From: an uncultured Chloroflexia bacterium
GTDB lineage: Bacteria > Chloroflexota > Limnocylindria > QHBO01
DNA: 64,000 nucleotides
Reading direction: 5' to 3'
NCBI GenBank assembly: GCA_963720505.1
Contig: CAVRFT010000006.1
Span: 451,781-515,780, forward strand
A model generated the notes under the pieces. The model was not told the origin of the DNA, searched no databases, and was given only the letters and a program-made list of their open reading frames with translations. Positions 27,587 through 36,350 of the stretch are shown in pieces. Position 1 is the first letter of the stretch. Every line of letters begins with the position of its first letter. The translations under genes and the position numbers were made by a program.

Positions 27587-29725
27587 ATGGGAGCCGACTC
27601 CCTGCGGCCGATGGCACGCCGCGTCCCCGCCGCGTCCGATCCGGAAGCCGCATCTCCCGAAACGGCGCGGTCGACGCAACCTGAACCACCGATCGAGGTC
27701 CTGGAGCTGCGCGAGCGGACGGAGCGCCGCGGGCGGCTGCCGGGCGATCGCTACGTCAAGGTCATCGAGCCGTTCGGCGAGCAGTTCCGGCGACGCGCCA
27801 GCGGCCACCTGATCGTGTCGGAGCAGGTCCTGCGCCCCGCCGGCCTGGCCGGCCGCACGGCCGACACGGTCCGACGCGTCCTGGTCGGGCAGCGCATTCC
27901 GACCGCGCACGAGGCCCACGAGCGCATCGGCCCGATCAAGGGTCTGGCCGTCTTCGCCTCCGACAACATCTCGTCCTCCGCCTACGCCTCGGAAGAGATC
28001 ATGCGGGTGCTGGTTCTGGCCGGCGCCGGAGCCCTCGCGCTGACCATGCCGCTGACGGTGGGGATCGTGGTGGTGCTGGCCATCGTGGTGGTCAGCTACC
28101 AGCAGACCATCCGCGCCTACCCCAATGGCGGCGGCTCGTACATCGTGGCCAGCGACAACCTCGGCCGCGGTCCCGGGCTGGTGGCCGCCGGTGCCCTGCT
28201 GACCGACTACGTGCTGACCGTGGCCGTCTCCATCGCGGCCGGTGTGGCGGCACTGACCTCGATCTTTCCTGCCCTGTTCGACTGGCGCGTGCTGTTGGGC
28301 GTCGGCTTCATCGGCATGCTGTGGCTCGGCAATCTGCGCGGCATCCGCGAGAGCGCGACGCTGTTCGCGATCCCGACCTACGTCTACCTGGTGGCCATCT
28401 TCGCGCTGCTGGCGATCGGCATTGGCCAGGTCTGGTCGGGGCACACGCCTTCCTACACGCCACCGTCGGGATGGACCGATGGCAACGGCACCAACGCCCT
28501 GGGCATCCTGCTCATCCTGCGGGCCTTCGCCGCCGGGTCGGTGGCCCTCACGGGAACGGAGGCCGTGTCGAATGGCGTGCCGGCCTTCAAGCCGCCGGAG
28601 CCGCGCAACGCCGGGACGGTGCTGATCCTGATGGGCGTCTTCTTCGGCGCCATCTTCCTGGGGATCAGCTTCCTGGCCTCAACCATCGGGATCGTGCCCG
28701 ACCCAACGGAGCAGGAAACGGTGATCAGCCAGCTGACGGCAACGCTGGTCGGCGCGGGCACGCCGTTCCACTACCTGATCCAGATCTCAACGGCCCTGCT
28801 GCTGGTGCTGGCCGCCAACACGGCCTTTGCCGACTTCCCGCGACTGGCCAGCATCCTGGGCAAGGACCGATTCCTGCCCCGTCAGTTCCAGTTCCGCGGC
28901 GACCGGCTGGCGTTCAGCGTCGGGATCATGGTGCTGGCCCTCCTGGCCGCCGTGCTGGTGGTTGCCTTCGGCGGCAGCGTCACCGGCCTGATCCCGCTCT
29001 ACACGATCGGGGTCTTCGTGGCCTTCACGCTGAGCCAGGGCGGGATGGTCCGCCACTGGTTCCGATTGCGCGGCCGCGGCTGGCGCTGGCGCGCGGCGCT
29101 CAACGGGGTCGGCGCGGTCGTCACGGGGATCGTGGCGGTAGTGGTGGGCGTGGCCAAGTTCGAGCTCGGCGCCTGGTTCGTGCTGATCCTGATCCCGATC
29201 CTGATCGGCCTGATGTGGGCGATCCATCATCACTACCGGACCGTCGAGTCCGCGCTGGCCTCGCCGTGGACCGATCCTCGGCTGCCGAAGCGACAGCCAC
29301 GCGTGATCGTGCCGGTCAGCCGGCTGGATCGGCCGACCTTCGAGGCGCTTGCCTACGCCCGGTCGATCTCGACCGATGTCACCGCCGTGCACGTTGCCGA
29401 CGAGGACGGCGCCATCGAGGAGATGCAGCGCCGCTGGGGCGAGTGGGGCGGTCCGGTCAGGCTCATCATCCTGGAGTCGCCGTACCGCGCGTTGCTGGCG
29501 CCCCTGCTGGCCTACATCGACGCCACCGAGAGCGCGGACCCGCTGCGGCCGACGACCATCGTGCTGGCCGAGTTCGTGCCGCGTCACCTGTGGGAGTACC
29601 CGCTGCACAACCAGACGGCGCTGCGCCTCAAGCTGCGGCTCTTCTTCCGTCCGAACACGGTGGTGGTCGATGTCCCGTTCCACCTGCGCCCGCCGCGGTC
29701 ACGCCATCCGGCGAAGGCGGCGTAG
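27587..29725 (+). CDS. APC-superfamily permease with a C-terminal cytoplasmic domain (KimA-like architecture), copy 2 (intact)
   Basis: 712-aa ORF. Its blocks match copy 1 (AVFASDNISSSAYASEEIMRVL, LRAFAAGSVALTGTEAVSNGVPAFKPPE, RLIILESPYRALLAPLLAYID, LHNQTALRLKLRLFFRPNTVVVDVPFH). Confidence 0.85.
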   Translation: MGADSLRPMARRVPAASDPEAASPETARSTQPEPPIEVLELRERTERRGRLPGDRYVKVIEPFGEQFRRRASGHLIVSEQVLRPAGLAGRTADTVRRVLVGQRIPTAHEAHERIGPIKGLAVFASDNISSSAYASEEIMRVLVLAGAGALALTMPLTVGIVVVLAIVVVSYQQTIRAYPNGGGSYIVASDNLGRGPGLVAAGALLTDYVLTVAVSIAAGVAALTSIFPALFDWRVLLGVGFIGMLWLGNLRGIRESATLFAIPTYVYLVAIFALLAIGIGQVWSGHTPSYTPPSGWTDGNGTNALGILLILRAFAAGSVALTGTEAVSNGVPAFKPPEPRNAGTVLILMGVFFGAIFLGISFLASTIGIVPDPTEQETVISQLTATLVGAGTPFHYLIQISTALLLVLAANTAFADFPRLASILGKDRFLPRQFQFRGDRLAFSVGIMVLALLAAVLVVAFGGSVTGLIPLYTIGVFVAFTLSQGGMVRHWFRLRGRGWRWRAALNGVGAVVTGIVAVVVGVAKFELGAWFVLILIPILIGLMWAIHHHYRTVESALASPWTDPRLPKRQPRVIVPVSRLDRPTFEALAYARSISTDVTAVHVADEDGAIEEMQRRWGEWGGPVRLIILESPYRALLAPLLAYIDATESADPLRPTTIVLAEFVPRHLWEYPLHNQTALRLKLRLFFRPNTVVVDVPFHLRPPRSRHPAKAA

Positions 29726-29899
29726 CGGGCGACTCGGGCGGCGCCATCCCTGGTCGATCCGGTTCCCGGGGCCGGGCCACCCACGTCGCGTTGCCCGTTG
29801 CGGACGCGTCGCGCGCAAGCGCACTATGCGCTGTCGCGAACCGCGGCTCGCGTCATGAGTCGACCCGGCTTTGTGCTCATACCACGACAGGAGGAGTGG

Positions 29900-31309
29900 A
29901 TGACCGCCGAGACCATGCCTGTAGGGGAAATGCCTGCGCGCGAAGGGGACTTCACCGTTGAAGGGCACGGGATGGAGCCGATCCCGGAGAACGCCCGCTA
30001 CGGCTCAGTCAGTCGAGTCTTCACGGTCTGGTTCACGCCGAACCTGGTGCCGGCGGCGTTCTTCATCGGCACGCTCGTCACCCTGAGCTTCCTGCAGCTC
30101 GGCTTCTGGACCTCGATCCTGGCGATCATCGTGGGGAACGTGGTGGGGGCCCTGTTCGTCGCGCTGTTGAGCACGATGGGCCCGAAGCTCGGCCTTGCTC
30201 AGATGGCCGCCGCGCGGTTGCCGTTCGGCAAGTCGATCGTCCTGCCGGGGCTGCTGAACTGGCTGAGCACCATCGGCTGGGATGGCATCAACAACGTGTT
30301 CGGCGCCATCGCGCTGACCATCCTCATCCCGGCGCTCCCCTTCTGGGCGGCGCTGCTGATCATCGTGGTCTGCCAGGCCGCGCTGGGAATCATCGGCTAC
30401 GAGGCCATCCACACCTTCGAGAAATGGATGGCATTCGTGCTCGGCGCCATGTTCGTGGTGCTGACCATCTCGATCTTCGGCCAGGGCCAGGCCGACACCA
30501 GCGCCGTCGATGGTATGAGCGGCGCGGATCTGGTCGGTGCCTTCGTCGGCTTCGTCGCCATCGTCGCCAGCTTCGTGCTGGCCTGGTGTCTCTACGCTTC
30601 CGACTACTCCCGCTACCTGCCCTCCAGCACGAACACCGGCCGCGTGTTCTGGTACACGCTGCTCGGGCTGTGCCTGTCAGCCGGCTGGCTGGAGGTCCTG
30701 GGCGTGCTGGTCGCGTCGCAGGCGACCGGCGGCGAGTCGAGCGACACGATCTACTCGGTCCTGGGCGGATCCGGGTCGATCATCGCCGCGTTGGCCATGA
30801 TCGCCATCTTCATCGGGACGATCGCGGTCAACGCGATGAACGACTACACCGGTTCGCTGTCGCTGCTGGCAGCAGGAGTGAAGATCAAGCGGGTGTTCTC
30901 CGCCGCCGCGGTGGCGTTCCTGGGGTACCTCTTCACCCTCTTCCTCCAGTTCAACGGGGACTTCTCGCTGAACTTCTTCAACTTCCTGCTGTTCATCAGC
31001 TACTGGATCTCGCCCTTCGTCGGAGTGGTGCTGGCCGATTGGTGGCTGCGCGGCCGGAACGCCGACGCGTGGTCGATCGTTGACTTCGCTCGGCTCAACT
31101 CCGGCATCGTGGCGTTGGTTGCGCTGGTGGTTGGCTTCATAGCCGGCATCCCGTTCCAGAACTCGTCGCTCGGCTACGAGTGGGGCGGGCCGTTCAACTG
31201 GGTGACGGCCAATTACCTGCACGGCGCCGACCTGGCCTACTACGTCGGTGGCCTGGTGGCGTTCGTCATCTATTGGCTCGGGGCGCGCCGCGCGCTACAG
31301 CACGCCTAG
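29900..31309 (+). CDS. NCS1-family (purine-cytosine / hydantoin-allantoin type) permease
   Basis: ATG at 29900 follows AGGAGG. It reads GMEPIPENARYGSVSRVFTVWFTPNLVPAAFFIGTL, the typical NCS1 N-terminal motif, with 12 TM-like segments. Confidence 0.85.
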   Translation: MTAETMPVGEMPAREGDFTVEGHGMEPIPENARYGSVSRVFTVWFTPNLVPAAFFIGTLVTLSFLQLGFWTSILAIIVGNVVGALFVALLSTMGPKLGLAQMAAARLPFGKSIVLPGLLNWLSTIGWDGINNVFGAIALTILIPALPFWAALLIIVVCQAALGIIGYEAIHTFEKWMAFVLGAMFVVLTISIFGQGQADTSAVDGMSGADLVGAFVGFVAIVASFVLAWCLYASDYSRYLPSSTNTGRVFWYTLLGLCLSAGWLEVLGVLVASQATGGESSDTIYSVLGGSGSIIAALAMIAIFIGTIAVNAMNDYTGSLSLLAAGVKIKRVFSAAAVAFLGYLFTLFLQFNGDFSLNFFNFLLFISYWISPFVGVVLADWWLRGRNADAWSIVDFARLNSGIVALVALVVGFIAGIPFQNSSLGYEWGGPFNWVTANYLHGADLAYYVGGLVAFVIYWLGARRALQHA

Positions 31310-31412
31310 GCCCATCCCTTTCGTCGCAGCAGTGGGCCTCGGTGGCAGCAGCCGCCGGGGCCCATCGCCGTCTAGGCAGGCTCCGCCTGGTGCGGCCGAT
31401 GGACCACCGGCG

Positions 31413-32286
31413 TCAGTGGCAGGCCGCCACGTGCTGGGCGACCTCCTGGGCCGATGCGATCCACAGCCCGTCGATCGCCTTCGCCCGGGCAATGAGGGTT
31501 TCCAGCGCTGCCGCCCGTGATGCACGGCCGCTGATGAACGGGTGGCTGGTCAGCATGAACAGGCCGCCGTCCTCGACCAGCGCCTCGAGCTCCAGGGTCC
31601 AGCGCGCCAGGACGTCAGCAGGGCTGGCGATGAGGCCGGTGCCGGTGATGCCCGGCAGATAGTTGTACGGCTCCCAGTCGTCCAGGCTCCAGTGGCAGGG
31701 CAGCTCCACGATGGGATCTGTCTCGTCGCCAGTGGCCAACAGGTAGGGGTGATCCGCATCCATCAGCCCGGAGTCGTACAGGAAACCGTGGCGGGCGAGC
31801 AGTGCGGGCAGTCGGTCGGTGACCTCCCACATCGGGGCGCGATAGCCCACCGGACGCACGCCAAGGACCGTGTCCAGCGCCTCCAGGCCGCGCAGCAGGC
31901 GTCGCTCCTCGGTGGCCTCGTCCGGCGCCGAGTGCGCGCCCTCGTGCAGGTAGCCGTGGTGGCCGATCTCGTGACCGGCGTCCCGCACCGCGCGGACGGC
32001 GTCCGGCCAGTGCTCGGCGGTGTAGCCGGGGACAAAGAACGTGGCACGCACCTGCTGCCGGTCCAGGATGCGCAGGATGCGCGCGCCGCCGGTGCGCGGC
32101 CCGTAGGCCTGGTGCGACATCACGTCCAGCCAGCCGGCGGACTCGGGATGCTCGACCAGGATGGCGCTCTCCGCGTCCATGTCGAAGGTGAAGACGGCGG
32201 CGGCGCGGTGGCCGGCGGGCCAGCTGAAGCCCGCGCGGCAGCGGGCTCTTCCAGGCAGGCGTGCTCCCGTCCATGCCGTCAGCCAT
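31413..32286 (-). CDS. polysaccharide-deacetylase-fold hydrolase (PuuE allantoinase-like); apparent frameshift near 32225
   Basis: ORF 31413..32180 contains RATFFVPGYTAEHWPDAVRAVRDAGHEIGHHGYLHE and YRAPMWEV. The upstream part in another frame reads FSWPAGHRAAAVFTFDMDAES, the typical NodB-fold start. A candidate ATG at 32286 overlaps the agmatinase stop as ATGGCTGA. Confidence 0.75.
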
Positions 32287-33231
32287 CGGCGCGGCGCTGG
32301 AGGGCCACCAGCGACAGCATCTCGTAGGCGAGGTTGGCGGCCAGCGTCGCCGTCTGGCCGGCCGGGTCGTAGGCGGGGATGACCTCGACCACGTCGAAGC
32401 CCACGAAGTCGATGCCCGTCAGGCGCCGAACGACCGCGAGCATGTCCCGCGCTGAGGGGCCACCGGCTTCCGGCGTGCCGGTACCCGGGGCGTAGGCGGG
32501 GTCCACCACGTCGATGTCGAACGAGATGAAGGCGGGCCGATCGCCCACTCGCTCGCGGATGCGCTGCGCCACCGCCTCCGGACCCAGCGCGAACACGTCC
32601 TCGGTGGTCAGATAGTCGAGGCCCAGCTCGTCGCGCAGCCCGGTCCAGTCGTCGGCGTCATAGATGGAGCCGCGCAGGCCCACCTCGATCGAGTGGGCGA
32701 CGTCCACCAGCCCCTCTTCGATGGCGCGCCGCATCCACGTGCCGTGGTTGTACTTCTCGCCGAAATAGCTGTCCCAGGCATCGGTGTGCGAATCGAAGTC
32801 GATCACCGCCACCGGCCCGCGCGAGCGCGTGGCGCGCAGGTGCGGCAGCGTGCAGGCATGGTCGCCGCCGATGAGCAGCGGGCACCACGCCCGCCTCGAC
32901 GATGGGGCTCACGGCTTCTTCGATCGCTGCGTAGCTGCGCTCCGTGTAGCCCGGCACGATGGCGATGTCGCCGTAATCCACGCAGCTCAGGACGTCGAAC
33001 GGCTTCACGTCCAGGTTGGCGTTGTAGGGCCGCAGCATCACGCTCGCGGCACGAACGGCATTCGGCCCGAAGCGGCCACCGACCCGGTAGGTCACGCCCG
33101 TGTCGAATGGCACCCCCACGATCGCGAGGTCGACGTCGTCAAGCGTCCGGACGTAGCGGCAGTCGGCCGAAGGTCGACGGCCCGGTGAAGCGCGGACTCT
33201 TGAGCGAGTCTTCGGGAACGTACCGCGGCAT
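32279..33231 (-). CDS. agmatinase / guanidino-acid hydrolase family ureohydrolase; apparent frameshifts near 33150 and 32880
   Basis: It starts MPRYVPEDSLKSPRFTGPSTFGRLP. After a shift it reads YVRTLDDVDLAIVGVPFDTGVTYRVGGRFGPNAVRAAS. After a second shift it reads LLIGGDHACTLPHLRA...VAVIDFDSHTDAWD...ISFDIDVVDPAYAPGTGTPEAGG. All canonical metal-ligand blocks are present. Confidence 0.85.
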
Positions 33232-33287
33232 CGCCCGAATTATGGCCGCGCGGGCTCGAGCGCCCGCGCGGCCTGCGACGTTGGCCG

Positions 33288-34068
33288 CTAGGTGGCCTGG
33301 CTGCTCTTGAAGAGGCCGAAGGTCGCTCCCTGCGGATCGCGGATCACCGCGAAGCGGCCGCCGAAGTAGTCCTGCGGATGCACGGTCACGGATCCGCCGG
33401 CGGCGGTTGCCTCACGCGCGGTGGCGTCCACGTCATCCACGTTGAAGTAGATCAGCCAGAAGCTCGGCACCTGGGCGGGGATGTTGTCACCCATCTCGAA
33501 GGCGCCGGCGATCTGGTGCTCCGTCCGTCTCGAACTGGGTGTAGGCCGGCGAGTCCCCGTCGCCCTCGGTGGTCGAGTGGCTCCAGCCGAAGATCGACTC
33601 GTAGAACGGGATCGCGCCTTCGAGGCCGCGAGCGTTGAGCTCTGCCCAGCCGAAGGCGTTCGATTGATTGATGGCGAAGGTGTCCATCCGGGCGCCCTGC
33701 CAGGCCGAGATCACGGCGCCGATCGGATCGGCGAAGACAGCCATCCGGCCCTGGTCGCCAACGTCGAACGGCTCGGCGATGACCGTGCCACCGGCGTCCT
33801 TGACCCGCTGCGCCAGGCCGTTGACGTCATCGGTGCCGATGTACAGGCCCCAGGCGGTGGGTGCCTCCGGCATCTGCTTTGGCCCGATACCGGCGGCATC
33901 GTCGCCGCCGATCTTCGCGATGGCGTAGCCGCCGTACTGCGGATCGGGGTTCACCTCGATTTGCCAGCCGAAGAGCCGGGCATAGAAGTCACGGGACGCG
34001 GCGGAATCGGGCGATGCGAGCTCGACCCATGCTGGTTTGTTGAGCGTGGCTGTGGCTGTGGTGGCCAA
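33288..34068 (-). CDS. two-domain VOC (glyoxalase/bleomycin-resistance/dioxygenase) family protein; apparent frameshift near 33505
   Basis: A TTG at 34068 follows GAGGAGG. It reads ATTATATLNKPAWVELASPDSAASRDFYARLFGWQIEV...MAVFADPIGAVISAWQ. The second repeat reads AFGWAELNARGLEGAIPFYESIFGW...FAVIRDPQGATFGLF (ORF 33288..33494). Confidence 0.8.
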
Positions 34069-34184
34069 GGTGGGACCTCCTCGCGCCGGGTACATGGCGC
34101 GTTTCCCGGCTGGGCTCCGGGGGATGTGGCCCGCGACGCGGTCGGCGTCCCTCGTTACGCCGGCATGGCGTCGCTGGGAAGGTA

Positions 34185-34261
<77 letters not shown>

Positions 34262-34358
34262 ACCGGCCATCGCTCGACGATGGGCTCCGAGTGTACCAAG
34301 CGCCCCGGAGCCGGTCCAACCTCCGTGCCCGGATGGCTCACCTACACTGCGCCAGCAG

Positions 34359-35523
34359 ATGCCGCGGCTCGACCACAACGAACGCCTGATCATCGGGCTC
34401 ACACTGGCGCTCAAGCTGGGCGTGCTGCTGCTGGGCCTGGGCGCCTGGCAGTTGGTCCACGGCTCCGGCACGCCGCCGTTCCCGGGCTTGGAGCTGTGGG
34501 ACCGCTGGGACGCACCGCACTACACCGACCTGATCGTCTACGGCTACCGGGCGGTCGATCCGGGCAACCTGGTCGACCCCTACGGCTACCGTCAGGTATA
34601 CCCGGGCGACCTGGGGCTGTACATCGTCTTCTACCCGCTCTACCCGTGGCTCGGGTCGATCGTCAACGCGCTCATCCACCAGCCGGTGTGGAGCGCCTTC
34701 ATCGTGGCCGGCATCGCCTCGCTGTTCGTCGGGCCGCTGATGTACCGGCTGGTGCGCCACGACGAGACGCCGGACGTGGCGCTGCGTTCAGCCTGGTTCC
34801 TGCTGATCTTCCCGACCGCCTACTTCCTGCACATCGGCTACACCGAGGCGCTTTTCATGGCCCTGGTGCTGGGCTCGTTCCTGGCGGCCCGGACCGAACG
34901 CTGGTGGCTGGCGGGATTGATCGGCGGCCTGGCGGCGCTGACCCGGATCAACGGCCTCATCCTGCTGCTGGCCCTGCCGGTGGAGGCCGCCACTCAGTGG
35001 TTCACGACCCCGTCTGGCGAACGGCGCTGGCGGTGGGAGTGGCTGGCGATCGGGCTGGTCGGCATCGGCTTCGCCATCTACCTGGGCCTCAACCTGGCGA
35101 TCTACGGCACGCCCTTCCAGTTCCTCGATCGTGCAGCACGACCACTGGTTCAAGTCGCTGGCGGCGCCCTGGGACGCCATCAACGCGGCGCTCGGCTGGT
35201 TCGGGAGCGATCAGCCGGACGAGGTCCTGATGTACGGCGGGATGGAGCTGCTGTTCGTCGTCATCGGGCTGATTGGGACCATCTACGCCGCCTTCCGGTT
35301 CCGGCCGTCATGGTTCGCCTGGATGGCCGGCAACCTGGTCCTGTTCCTGTCGACGTCGTTCCTGCTCTCGACCCCGCGCTACGTGCTGACCCTTTTCCCG
35401 TTGTTCGTGGCCTTGGCGCTGGCCACCCGTCGCACCTGGGTCCTGGTCGCGGTCTCCGCCATCTCGCTGGCCGGCTTCGTGTACTTCGCCGGCCGCTTCG
35501 CAACCGGGTCCTGGGCCTTCTGA
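34359..35523 (+). CDS. GT-C fold membrane mannosyltransferase-like protein (PIG-V-like); apparent frameshift near 35130
   Basis: ATG at 34359 gives MPRLDHNERLIIGLTLALKLGVLLLGL...LWDRWDAPHYTDLIVYGY (PIG-V-like motif). After FQFLD the frame moves to ORF 35131..35523 (QHDHWFKSLAAPWDAI...). It has many TM helices. Confidence 0.7.
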
Positions 35524-35526
35524 CCG

Positions 35527-36144
35527 ATGCGCCGTCTGGCCGCCCTCGCGGTGCCCGCGTTGCTGACGGTGGTCGTGCTCGGCGGGTGTGGTGCGCCATC
35601 CGGCAGCCCGGTGGACCTGCCCGACGGATCGGCTGCCCGACGCTGGGGCGACGGACCCTACGGCCTGGTGCTGGTGCACGACGAGGGGCTGGACGCGGCC
35701 TCCTGGGCCGCGCAGGCGGCGACCTTTGCCGACAAGGGGATGACGGTGGTGGCGGTCGAGTCGGCCACGCCCGATGCGGTGGTGGCCGCGCTCCGTTCGC
35801 TGCTGGACGGCGGACTGGACCGGGTGGCGCTGCTGGGCGCCGGTGACGGCGCCGGCGTCGCGATGCAGGCGGCCCTGGCCGAGCCCGACCGGGTCGATCA
35901 GCTGGTGGTCATCTCGGCCGACGGCGACGCGGCGGCGTTGGATGTCTTCCCCAAGCTGTTCGTGGCCTCGGAGGGCGAGCCCGCCGCGGGCGACGCGGCA
36001 CGGATGGCCGACGAGTCACGCGGCGACTGGAACGCGCTCTTCCTGGCGCCTGGGGAGGCGACCGGCCAGGCGCTGCTCTCCGACGAGACGGGCGGAGAGC
36101 CGGCGATGGATGCGATCGTGGCCCGGCTCGAGGAGCGACGGTAG
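35527..36144 (+). CDS. alpha/beta-hydrolase-fold-like lipoprotein
   Basis: The lipobox start is MRRLAALAVPALLTVVVLGGCGAP. It contains GLVLVHDEG and a nucleophile-elbow-like ALLGAGDGAGVAM with no Ser. Confidence 0.6.
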   Translation: MRRLAALAVPALLTVVVLGGCGAPSGSPVDLPDGSAARRWGDGPYGLVLVHDEGLDAASWAAQAATFADKGMTVVAVESATPDAVVAALRSLLDGGLDRVALLGAGDGAGVAMQAALAEPDRVDQLVVISADGDAAALDVFPKLFVASEGEPAAGDAARMADESRGDWNALFLAPGEATGQALLSDETGGEPAMDAIVARLEERR

Positions 36145-36154
36145 TTTCTCCGGG

Positions 36155-36285
36155 CACAGAAGTGTCCCGAAGGAACCGCGGCGACCGTTGATGTGATCTC
36201 CAGTCGGCCAGCTGCCCCTTCGGGACACCAACAGAATGCCAGCGGGTGGTGACAGGACGCAAGGGGGTTGTCCACGACTTCTGTG
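36155..36285. repeat. nested inverted repeats in a lower-GC intergenic region (possible structured RNA or protein-binding site)
   Basis: Outer arms are CACAGAAGT (36155-36163) and ACTTCTGTG (36277-36285). Inner arms are GTGTCCCGAAGG (36162-36173) and CCTTCGGGACAC (36217-36228). All are perfect and were read directly. Confidence 0.6.
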
Positions 36286-36350
36286 CAAAAGTTCGAAGTT
36301 ATCCACAGCCCGTCCCCTAATGAGGTGGCGAGCCAACTCCGACCTCTTGT

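Noticed and set aside
29726-29899. Guanidine or purine riboswitch upstream of the NCS1 permease
   Set aside because: The region contains GGTTCCCGGGG-like strings. The characteristic ykkC (GGGA…ACGR…CCGGGAGA) or purine-riboswitch junction sequences are not recognisable.
36268-36307. Two DnaA-box-like 9-mers (TTGTCCACG, TTATCCACA) as a replication origin
   Set aside because: There are only two boxes, no AT-rich unwinding element, and no dnaA/dnaN/gyrB or parAB nearby. This is more likely chance or a DnaA-titration/regulatory site. It is kept only as part of the intergenic-structure finding.
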